A program made the position numbers and the translations under genes. From Paramecium tetraurelia (lineage: Eukaryota), in contig CT868044.1 of assembly GCA_000165425.1 (NCBI GenBank), positions 62,001-126,000 on the forward strand: a stretch of 64,000 bases of DNA, given 5' to 3'. This document shows, in pieces, positions 53,540-64,000 of this stretch. How positions within the stretch are numbered: the stretch's first letter is position 1; each line of letters begins with the position of its first letter. Below the pieces are notes generated by a model. The model worked only from the letters and a program-made list of their open reading frames with translations. It searched no databases and had not been told where the DNA came from.

Positions 53540-54400
53540 ATTAGTATAAATCATAGTTACTAATATTGTTGAAAAGTTGTTTCTTTCTTCCAGAACTATC
53601 TCCTTGAATTTTCTTAAATATTGTTAATCCTATTGCAGATAAGAAGGTCCTTTTAGCCAAGTGTTCGACTGCATCAACTTATAATTTAACTAACTCTGTA
53701 CTTGATATTAATTACTTAGTAGACTTGATACAAAACTATTCAATTTTATTTGTAGTTTTTCTATTTCTTCTCTTTTGTTCCTCAAATTATTATCTTATTG
53801 AATTAGAAGTTTTTATAACTATCTTTGTTACTCCTTTTAGCACTCATCTGTATATTATTTCTAATAAAAAATAGTGCTATTCTTATTTGAGTAAGACTAT
53901 TTATTTTAAGAGTAATCCATATTACTAATTTAATTTTCTTTTTTTTTCAGTAAGCTGCTTATTATTTTCTAATATAAAGTTATTTCTCTGTTAATTTGTT
54001 CTATTTAATCGCGATTTTGAAGGTATTTTCTCTTCATTGATATTCCTATTTTGTAAATTGCTTTCTGCAATTTTGCTTTATCTCTTAAAGGATTCTATAG
54101 GTTTACTTCATTCATTGATATTTCCTTATTAACTTCTTAATGTATAGGCATGATTTTTTGATCTTTTTCATTATCAATTTTGGAACTTGTATTAAAACGA
54201 AGATCATATTTGGATTTCCTTCAATTTTTGAATTTAATGATTTTGATAACATACAGCTTTTTCTGATAGCAGATGCTGAGTATGAACAAGATTAACATTC
54301 TTAATTTGATGATCTTGGTTAGACTTGCTAGTATAGTATGTTAATGGCCATCGTTATTTTAGGCTAGTGTTCTTTGAAATTGATTTAGGAGTGTCTCTCA
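53540..54400 (-). CDS. Possible low-complexity or coiled-coil protein; structure unresolved
   Basis: Coding-like Q/K/E/N-rich segments, but I could not join them into one frame confidently. Confidence 0.3.
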
Positions 54401-54583
54401 TCTAAATGGATGTATTTTATTAACGTATGTATATATATATATTATAATTATGAGATGGGCTTAATTTTAAGAAAAATTGAATGCCTAATTAAATTGAATA
54501 TGATTTATTTTCAGGAATTTTTATATTACATTTTTTGTATAATCGTGAGTATTTAAGAGTTATTAGTTTATTTAAAATTAAGG

Positions 54584-55439
54584 ATGATTAGTTAGGACAG
54601 CATTAACAATAATGCTGAATTTTAATTTCCATCGGAATTGAAAATTAAAGAAGAGAATAGATAAGATGCAAATTAGAAGGGTGGAGATGAAAAACTATAA
54701 TTATTGTAGCCACATACCCTCAGTTCTCTACCTTCTGTCGAATAAATCGATTAAACGCAAGCACCTTAATTGCTATAAATCTTGTATTCAGTATAATGAT
54801 TTGAATAGCTCCCAAATGTCAATCGATGATAATTGGAATTAGAAAGGAAAATTTACAAAATAGATGTCAATTGAATTGACAAGTCCCTCTCCTTTGAAAA
54901 AGCAGAAATAGAAGAGTGAACAACAACTCTTCATAGGAATGAAGCAAGTAGAAAAGTAAGAAGAATTATCTCACATCTAAACTCGAAGAAAAGTGATTAA
55001 AACAAATTATAATGTTGATGATTCTCCAACTGAAGAAGATGATTTCAGACCATGTCATTGTGCTAAAACACATTGTTTATAATTATATTGTTCCTGCTTT
55101 CATAATCGGAGACCCTGTACAAACGAGTGTAAGTGTAACGATTGTTATAATGATGGCAAACACGAAGATGAAGTCTTAAAGGCAGTGGAATAAATTAAAT
55201 TAAAAGAACAAAGAGCATCTCATCATGACCTCGACTCATTTGATACTAAATAAGTGTGGGGGTGTAAGTGTAAGAAGACTAAGTGTGTGAAAGGTTATTG
55301 TGAATGTTTCATAAGAGGAAAGAAATGTACATCTCATTGTTAATGTACGGAATGTGAAAATAAAAGATAACCTAAATAACAATAGTAAAAACCATAGAGT
55401 GAAATCACAAAAAAAATCAAGAAAAAAAAATAGTCATGA
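54584..55439 (+). CDS. Tesmin/TSO1/LIN54-like CXC (CRC) domain protein
   Basis: PCHCAKTHCLQLYCSCFHNRRPCTNECKCNDCYN and GCKCKKTKCVKGYCECFIRGKKCTSHCQCTECEN; one 25-nt intron. Confidence 0.92.
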
Positions 55440-58400
55440 TTATTTTTTTGAAATTTTCAATTTACCATGCAATTCATTCAAAATCTTGTGAAAATCATGG
55501 TGTTATCTTCTTGCTTAAAATCGAGATTAAGATATCTTACTTCTGGTTGCTAACATCTCTTTCTTTTCAGCGTAATCAAAAAAATCCAAGCTTTATCTAG
55601 TGAAAGTCCTTTTTGTATCGTTAGTTGTTTTCGTTATTTTGCTTTGATGAGTCCTTGTATCTATCTTCAATCGAGTACTCAATGCTTAAATTGAAAGATC
55701 CTCAAAGAATTTCCCATTATTGCTAGGTTCAGGAGTCAGATAATCTATGATCTCTTTTTTTTATTGTCTTTGAAACTCAATTTGAATTCCTTACTATCTT
55801 TTTTATTAATTTTGTTGATTGATCAATTCTTATTAATGAATCTCTTGATGATACCTACTCTACTTGATTTTTTCATCATAATATCGTAGAGAAGGCGGCA
55901 ACTTAGGAGATAATTAAGGCATCTTAACGTTGTTGCACAAACTCACCTTTCGTTTATTTAAGAAAGAATCTTTTAATTTTTATTGATTTCCAATAGGTTC
56001 CTTCTTTGTCAGAACATCAGGCGATCTATAATTGTTGCTTAAATGTTTTATGGAGTTTTATCTAAGCATATTCTCTATATCATAAGCCCTTCGTTTCTCA
56101 GAACTTAATTGTGGTAGAATCTATTGAAGTAATTCTAAGGAAAACAATATTGTCGTTTTTAACTTATTCTTCTCATTCAACAATGATACCCATTAGTAGG
56201 GAGTGGGATTATGTATTGAAAACTGGCAAATTTGAATAAAGTTAGTTGTAAATACTTTAACAGTATCATCTACACATCCGGAGATCAAGAGTTCAGTTTT
56301 TTTATGAAATAATATTTCGTATGGATCAACATAAAGGAAATTTAATTAAATGATCATGTCATTGTGAATTTAATCTGCAGTCTCCAGTTGCTCATCAAAT
56401 GAAAAAATGGAATCCTTCAGAGTGTGAGTGATATCTAATTCTGGATTGTCTTTCAATCCCTTTAGAATACTGAATCTAATTAAGGAATTCCTGAACTTTT
56501 ATTTAATTTTGCTACTCTGCTCAAATTTGTATTCTCTCTTCTTCACTTGATCCTTAATCAAACGGTTCTATACTATTTAGTAATTATCGATGAAATTTCC
56601 TTGCAAATCATTATAAACCACTCTATAAGGATTATAATTAGGTCTTTGACTGATTTGTTCAAGCTTCTTTGTCACGGTCTAAATATATTAAAGACAAATT
56701 TTACTTTCTTCTCAAGCAATTGTGTAATGTTGAACACCAAGGCTGACCCTCTGTTTGTTGCAATGTATAATCTCAGCTCTTCCTCATGTAATTAGATTAA
56801 TAAGCGAGAGGCAAAGGATCCATGAGTCATAAGCTTATACTTATTGTTGAAAAGATGCTTGACTTCGATTTGTTCATCTCCCTCATCATATAATTCATTC
56901 AATTCTGTGGAAGTCTTGGAGAACAAATTGCTCATGATGCTTATACGGTCTGGATATACACTCTTTAATTTTTAAATCAGAACAGCCTTCACGATATTTA
57001 GATGTCCTTCCAAAGTGCATTATAATTTATCATTCTTCTAAACCAATTAAAATATAAAGATATCAGCTTGATTAGTGCCTATTATTAAGAGAGGCAGCGA
57101 ATCACAAAATACCATTGAGGTAACTGTAGCACTATCTTCTAATTATATTTATATTGATACACAATAGTATTCCAGATTCCAAATTTAAATAAAGTCCTCA
57201 TAACTTATAGCTAACAAGCCTTGCACAATTGAGAGTTGACAAATATTGATGCAGATATTCACTGATAGTTAACGTATTGCCCACTTGTCCTTCAAAATAT
57301 TGTCCTTGCAAACATTCAATTGAGTAAGAGGTAAACATTTCAATATTCCTTATATAGACGCAATATGTAAAATTTTGTAGGCCTCATCATATTAAATAGA
57401 AATGATTTCCTCTGAAAAAAATGATTCCCATTATTGCAGGATTTAACCATGTTTTAGTGAAACCTTATATAAATCACCTTCAACTGTACCAATGATAATC
57501 GAATACCCGTGTTCAATTAAACAAGACGCAGAGATCTCATTCTAAAAGTCACTCAAAATATACTAAATCTTCCCTGTTATTATATCCTAAATACGGATAT
57601 CAGCCTTGGTTATTATAATATTTCTTTTATTCCATTGATCATAGATCACTTGCAACAATTTGATTTATTTATTCAAATGCAATTCTTTTTCAAAACTCAG
57701 AGTTTGTAACATATTTGCAACCAAGCATAGCTTATTTGAATAAAACATTAACTGTCTAGTAAGAATTCTCGTTTACAAATTTACTGTTTAAGTCTATTAT
57801 TATGATCTTATGTCCCACAATATGACCACATTTTTAGTATCAATTGATATTAACAAGGCAGTCTGTTCTATATGCTCAATGCACTGAACAGTTGAAGAGT
57901 GACCTACCAATTAACATTTTAGGTTATAATCATTATATTAAGCGTGCAATTCATAACAAGATATGTAATTATTGAATCCAATAGTAAAAATCAATTGGAA
58001 TTGTCTACTGCATACAACTTGGTAGAGTATTTAATGGGATACTTGAAATTTAAATAAAAACTTCTATTCAAACATATCCCAACAACTAATGATATTAGGA
58101 TTAGAGGCTACTATTAGCATTTATAAATGTATGACTTCCAATAATTGGATGATTCCTCCAGAAAATACTTGATTTTATAAGTTTTGATGCTTTCCTTGTT
58201 CCAAATTCCAAATCTATAGGCTTTTACTAGTGGAGGTTATCCATTAATCTTGCATTTCAATATAAGCAATGTGTGATAGTTCCAATTAGGTTTCGATTTA
58301 GTAATCATAGGTATAATTATCTCTTTTATCCCAGAAGATTAAGGTGTTATTACGTAATACGACTCCTAGTCTTTATTGTCTGGTTGAATAATAGCCATAA

Positions 58401-59005
58401 ACTACAAAGTTTCCATCTATCATATTACGAGGCTACAGCATCTTTTTAAATTAAAACTCATGTAGCATACAAACACTTTCGCAAAATTAGAGAATCAAGA
58501 ACAAGTCATTATCTCCTTTGATTCCATTAATGATTTGATTATTTATATGAATAATTTCAATTTTGAGTTGCGTTTACAATCTTCTAAGCATACTAGGATT
58601 CAATCCTAAGATTTCAGGAGGTGAAATTTCTATATCAGTCAAATTACGGCGAGTAAGTTAATTTTTATTATTTTATGAAGGTAGGAATTTGGCATTAAAG
58701 TATTCGCTACAGATTTCTTGAGTGCTTATCAAATAATCAGTTATGTGTCTTAGTTTCAGTATTTTTTCATTTTATTAAGACAATATCTCTTGATACAATT
58801 CAATAAGTTTAGAGATCAGTATCAATCCTTCAATTCCTTGTTCGTCGGTTTTATTGATGAAAAACATAACAAATTGCTAAATATCCACTTGAGCATTATG
58901 ATTCTCTTTGAAATGTTCTGACAATTCAAATATGTATTGTTAGACCAATCCTAGAGTATCAAATTCATAAACTTAATTTGATATCTACGATAAAACTTCG
59001 TCCAT
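55434..59005 (-). CDS. Large WD40-repeat protein with degenerate N-terminal EF-hand-like region
   Basis: Long minus-strand frame; LIGHSSTVQCIEH...LISIDTKNVVILWDIR and other WD-like repeats; multiple introns. Confidence 0.75.
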
Positions 59006-59029
59006 AGTTTTTTAATATATTAATAATTA

Positions 59030-59686
59030 TCATTGTTTATGTCTTTCTGATTCGAATATCTCCCTCAGATCCTGCAGCCCAATTTTGCCATCTTTGTCCA
59101 CATCCAGGCATTCCAAGAGGATTTCCTGATCCCTCTTATCGATTTTGCCATAGCCCAGAACACTGAAGACCTCCCCCAATCTATTAATATCTAAATTACC
59201 CTCTCCCTTGGGATCAAGCAGTGAAAAGGCTTATTCGAGAGGATCAAAATCTTGCAATTCATTCTACTTGAGCAACTCATAGAGATCCTTGCTCTTGAGT
59301 TCTGGTTTGCCTTGAGTCAAGGCTTTGTATTCGCTCTTAGGGAAATTGGGGTTGATGGCAGGGATTTTCTTTTTCAATTCAAGTAACGATATCTTGGAGC
59401 CTTTGTTCTTCTCATCCAGGATTTTGAATGCTTTTTCGATTTCTTCCAATGTGATTTTAACTCCATCAACTTGTTTGCTTTTTTCGTTGAGTTCTATAAG
59501 TCCTGCATCTTGGAGGGCTTGGAAATTAATCATTTCTCTCATTGGGGAGACTGATTTCAAGGGTGAGCCTTGGCGAGTCTTTTCCAATTCGAGTTGTGCT
59601 CTTTGGAAATGAATGAGGGTCTTCTGCAATTCTTTGTAGTCTATGTTGGAGGCTGGATTGAGTTTGGTTGGTTTAAGTGGTTACAT
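59030..59686 (-). CDS. EF-hand calcium-binding protein (calmodulin/centrin-like fold)
   Basis: EEIEKAFKILDEKNKG, EQAFSLLDPKGEGNLD, LDVDKDGKIGLQDL; 218 aa, intronless. Confidence 0.9.
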
Positions 59687-59717
59687 AAAAGGAACTTGAA
59701 ATTTATATTTATAAATA

Positions 59718-60325
59718 ATGAAACAACATCAGGTGCAAATATCAGGATTGGAATTTCAGCCAATTAATTAGAAATACTTTTTACATGAGAGGGAGAAGTT
59801 AAGACATGATCCTTTTGCAGATAGCTTGGAAGAATATTTCTCGTTGTTTAAAAGGAGGACAATCTGTCATTTCTTGCTGTGTATTTCGAATAAGTAAAAA
59901 GGCTTATAGCTGCGTTCTTTATTGGCCTCATGATCCCTTCTATCATATTGCAAGCAGAATATATTGAAGTTGATGTTAATAAGGGCGTAGGTGAGTTTGA
60001 GATGAAGGATACATGGGATCCGCCGATCAGTATATATATGTTTTCGAAATCTGATGATTTGCTCATAGATGTGCAATTGTATTTGGATGGAAAACCAATA
60101 CAAGAATTCACCATTCAAGAACAATTGATAATTGATACTCAATACATTATTAGGAGCGAAAAACCTTAGAGTTTCAGTAAGCTTATTTTTAACATAAGGG
60201 CAGCAGTTAGATTGATGGCACAGTTCAATTTCGTTCCGGCATCCTACTTAATTATCATTGTTGTGATGCTTGTTATATCACTACTGTACTCAATCCTAAC
60301 ATATGCTCGCTACAGATAACTCTGA
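59718..60325 (+). CDS. Two-TM membrane protein of unknown function
   Basis: With a 29-nt intron: ...FLL|SAFFIGLMIPSIIL...beta-rich loop...YLIIIVVMLVISLLYSILTYARYRQL*. Confidence 0.65.
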
Positions 60326-60987
60326 ATTTTTATTGTATTTAGTTTCTACTTTGTTTCAATATAACTCACTCCTTATTCTTCATCGTCTCCTAATATCCAT
60401 CTCATGTTAAAGAATCAAACAACCAAACCCCACTTGTGTATGTTACAATTCACAACTCAGATGGGTCTACTTTGAATTCAGAACTGTTATGACTATTTCA
60501 GAATGGCAGATACATATGCAACCCTAGAAATAAACAATTTATGATTCTAATCTTTTTAGGAATACTAAATAAAATAAATTCATTTTCAGAATTTGGAATG
60601 ACCAATATAAAAATGTTTTGCAAATAAGAATACTAAAGTCATAGAACCCATTATAAAATTTATTTTAATTAATATTTATTAGTGCAACTATTACAAATGT
60701 CTGTTATATCTTTTCAAAATTAATTATTCAATTTAATAATATCTAAATAAAATTAGACATATTATTCTGATTTATTCTTTATTTTGTTTGCCATATTATA
60801 GAAAATTGATCATATATTTAGTTTAAAAATCAACAAGTTATTGAAATCTTAGAATCACTGAAACTGCTTAAGTGATTTTTAGAGAAATAATTTCAGGAAC
60901 TGCTAAGTTCGCTGTTATCATCCGTAGAATTGATTGTAATCCATCTTCATTTTAATTAATCATTTTATATAGAAATAATAGTTATGA

Positions 60988-61209
60988 TCATTCTATGAAA
61001 AATATTGTGTAAAATAAGTTCATCTTCCACTTAATAAGAAAGCCATAAAGAAATGCAATTAAACCACTACCAGAAATGATAATAGCAAGAAATACTCCAA
61101 AGAATTAATTGTTCTTGGTCTCTGATTTATTATATTTCAATAATTTGATAGATAAAAGACAAGTTGCAAGAATGAAAATGAAGATATCCATTTCAATATT
61201 GATTTCCAT
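60988..61209 (-). CDS. Possible small two-TM protein
   Basis: 73-aa ORF MEINIEMDIFIFILATCLLSIKLL...FFGVFLAIIISGSGLIAFLYGFLIKW. Confidence 0.35.
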
Positions 61210-61242
61210 TAAACATTAACTAAAAGTTAACAATTGTTTAAG

Positions 61243-61983
61243 TCATAATATAAATAACAATGATATCAAACCCACAAACAATTGATAACCGTATTATTCG
61301 ACGCAGGTAAAGCATTCATTTTAATCAAATCCACAAGTATCGCCATTGCATAAATATCCAAATTTAATGCTTTAGCAATTTTTATATTAACATCTTTCAT
61401 TATTCCATTAGCATTCATCAAGAAAAGAGCAAGAAAATTCGTCCTATTGTTATTTACAATGAAATACCTTAATTTCTGTGCATACTTATGGGGAGCAGAC
61501 AGAATTTTCATATTTGCAATGAGGTGATTGACTTAAACACATAAATTCAGTAGTTAGAGATTTGCAATCAGTCATTTCTTGGCATTTGTTCTCGAATGGA
61601 TCTCCTACACAAAAATTACCATTTAGTAGCTTTCCATTGCATTGATCAATGTGAAGGGAAGAGCAATCATTAGTAACAACACATTTTAGATTTGAGTAAT
61701 CATAATGGCAACCTTCATATTTAGTGCATAGTTAAGGTAACAATGCAGAGCAAGTTTATTCGTCTGCTTTGAATGTGCTGCACTTGTCATCCTTCCATAA
61801 ACATCGAGGTGATTTACACTTTCCTTCATATGGAATGGCTTCACATTCAGCTTCTTTACAAGCCCCATTTTGAAATAGACAATAACCATAAGCATAGCAG
61901 TTAGTCTCGTTTGTGAATTTGCTGCAGCTGCATTATCCATTGATTACAATAAATAGGGAGAATAAAGTAATTGTTTTCCACAT
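61243..61983 (-). CDS. Cysteine-rich surface protein (mini-antigen-like, probably GPI-anchored)
   Basis: Signal peptide MWKTITLFSLFIVING, periodic Cys with CxW..xxC units, hydrophobic C-terminus YQLFVGLISLLFIL*; 246 aa. Confidence 0.85.
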
Positions 61984-62137
61984 ATATTTATTATTTATTA
62001 TTAATTTTACACTCCATAAAATTTATTAATCACCTATTCTTATCTATATTCTTTATTGATTCCAAATTGTATTTTATGTGTATTTATAATTGATAAAAAC
62101 ATTTAGTAACAACTAATGATTGTACTCATTAATTTAT

Positions 62138-62760
62138 ATGTAATAACCTTTAGAAGAAATAGATTAATTTATTCTTGGCCTCAACACTCAAACAAACAAC
62201 TCCTTACTTTGGTCAACCATCAATCAAGACCAATTCCTATTCAATCTACTGCCAATCTAAGAGATTAATCTCCTTAAATCTAGGAGATTAAAGGAAATGT
62301 GAAAATGTCTATATTAAGAAAATCACACCCTTGTTGAGTGTAGAAAGAGACAATCTGCTTGATGAGGAAATGCAAGATGATTTGTAACACGATACAATAA
62401 AATCACAATATTAATCACTCTAGTTCCTCTGAAGAACTTTCAAATGATAAAAAAGGTGGACTAACAGGATATTTGAGTTCTGCAAATGATTTATTTAGAG
62501 AGGAATGCAAAAACAAACGATTAAGATAGAGCGCCAAAAAATCAAGATTGAGGAAGAAGGTTTATTGAATCATCGCAAGATGTCTTAAAAGTTGTTTTAT
62601 TCTACAATATTTAGGTATTTACTCCAATTAAACAACAATATTGAAGAATTTGAAATTGGTATAAAAGGAAATGGATGAGACTGTTTGTCAATTTACTCAA
62701 TCTTTAACATCTTTGCAATTATTGGAATTCCTTAAAGAAGTAGAGAGATTGCATTATTTT
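62138..62760 (+). pseudogene. Degenerate bZIP-like gene
   Basis: Basic region KNKRLRQSAKKSRLRKKVY followed directly by TGA (62566-62568); upstream segments lie in shifting frames. Confidence 0.45.
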
Positions 62761-62801
62761 AATAGATCTCTATTATTTTGATCATATATATATAAATAAC
62801 T

Positions 62802-63625
62802 ATGGAATTATTAAATAATGAGGAACGAGAACTGCTGGCCAAATACAATAGATATTTGACAAAGGACAAAACCTAAGAACCACTAAAATACTCAGACATC
62901 TTTTTAGGGAAACATGATTTAAAGGACATGCCTTAACAGACCAAAGAAAAATAAATTCAAAATTCAAAATTACAAATCAAATCTTCCTCCTCTAATAACC
63001 GTGATTAATTTAAAAGTATAATTAATGAATTGAACAACGTATGCGATTACTTTGATTGTTAGGTTCAAAATAGATAATTGGGAAATATTTTTAAGAGCCA
63101 GTTCTGTTTGTGAGGAAAGCCACAGAGAGCAACAAATTAATTTATTCTGAAAAATAAGTTATCAATGAAAATCCACGGCAAATAACAAATAAGAATTTAG
63201 AGAGACCAGAAAAATAAACAAAATAATAGAAATCGTTGCCGAAAGAGCAAATACAAAAGAAACAAGACAAGAAACCAAAAAAAAATGCCAGAGTATCGAG
63301 TTCATAGTCTACTATTGAAATTTAATAGCAATTTAATGAGTATGATAACAATTCTTAAATTTTAGGAAATTATTATAATAACTCAATAAATTGATCTAAC
63401 TGAAGAAAATAGATAACAAATTTTTTTTCAATTTAATCTCTAAACATGTTAATGAATGCCCTTCCTTTGGTAAAAGAATAAAGGAAGAAATAAAGGAAAT
63501 CTTAAATTAGTTATTATGATTGAATGAATTATTCTGTGTTTGAATTCTATGACTTATAATCTTAAAATAAGACAATCCGTCCTAATCTGATAGACAATTT
63601 AATTTAATTGAATACACCAATTGAA
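62802..63625 (+). pseudogene. Interrupted coding sequence of unknown protein
   Basis: MELLNNEERELLAKYNRYL... is open for about 100 codons, then needs frameshifts near T/A runs. Confidence 0.35.
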
Positions 63626-63709
63626 AGAGGATGAAAAAATTAAGAATAATAATGAATGAAAAAAGAAGTAATGTTATAATACACAAATGATTATTAATAA
63701 ACAAATATT

Positions 63710-64000
63710 TCATTGGATTGACATTTACTAAAAATATTTATTTAGGTCTTCTTCTTTGATAACAGGAATTTAAGATTAATCTTCTTCAGACTGCTCTGAT
63801 TTCTATTCCTCTTCATCTAATGTTGGTTTAAATACATTGAATCCATTTGCAGAAGTACTCACTAACATTTCATAATAAATTGGATGATATCTCAATTCTT
63901 TGAGAATCCTTCTATCCTTAATGCACAAACATTAATTAATCTGGAATATCATCAACATTGTTATTTTCATTTTCAACAGCAAAGTCCCAAATGGACAGTT
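63710..64000 (-). CDS. GRWD1: C-terminus of GRWD1/Rrb1 WD-repeat ribosome-biogenesis protein, with a 1-nt frameshift
   Basis: LSIWDFAVE...DIPDQLMFVHQGQKD / LKELRYHPIYYEMLVSTSANGFNVFKP; gene starts outside the window. Confidence 0.8.

Noticed and set aside
1..64000. Apparent mass pseudogenisation from in-frame TAA/TAG in nearly all genes
   Set aside because: TAA/TAG fall at conserved Gln positions (for example GQTGSGK, AGQE, YHQGFN), so this is ciliate code 6.
1..64000. CRISPR arrays, transposons, retained IESs, tRNA or rRNA genes
   Set aside because: I saw no spaced direct repeats, terminal inverted repeats, transposase motifs or structured-RNA signatures. IESs cannot be called without the germline sequence, and small ncRNAs could be missed by eye.

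Overview
This is AT-rich, gene-dense eukaryotic DNA from a ciliate macronuclear chromosome, almost certainly Paramecium (inferred). TAA/TAG read as Gln and only TGA stops (genetic code 6), introns are tiny (about 20-33 nt, GT..AG) and many intergenic gaps are only 20-50 nt. The supplied ORF track uses the standard code, so it fragments or mis-frames nearly every gene; I re-read the genes by eye with code 6, and exon edges are approximate. About 45 protein genes can be supported. They include two kinesins, NEDD8-like, SDHAF4, HMG-box, Myb, ArfGAP, KDM4-type JmjC, SPAG17/PF6, MORN2-like, HP1-like, a PARP zinc finger, Afi1/SPA, Rab, cyclin, a PMCA-like pump, Unkempt-like CCCH, LRR, a kinase, ePHD, ING, PRUNE/PPX1, a DMT transporter, Tesmin CXC, WD40, EF-hand, a Cys-rich surface protein and GRWD1. 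Main leads: (1) four unannotated basic proteins, three in tandem, sharing an RRKSCxCxxCG motif in 5 copies; (2) MORN2/FAP227-like and PF6/SPAG17 genes, likely subunits of the same ciliary central-pair projection, only 23 nt apart; (3) a P-type Ca-ATPase lacking the TGES motif; (4) two convergent genes sharing a palindromic TCATGA stop; (5) a repeat protein with about 14 periodically placed, mostly phase-2 introns. I saw no rRNA, tRNA, CRISPR, telomeric repeat or transposon.
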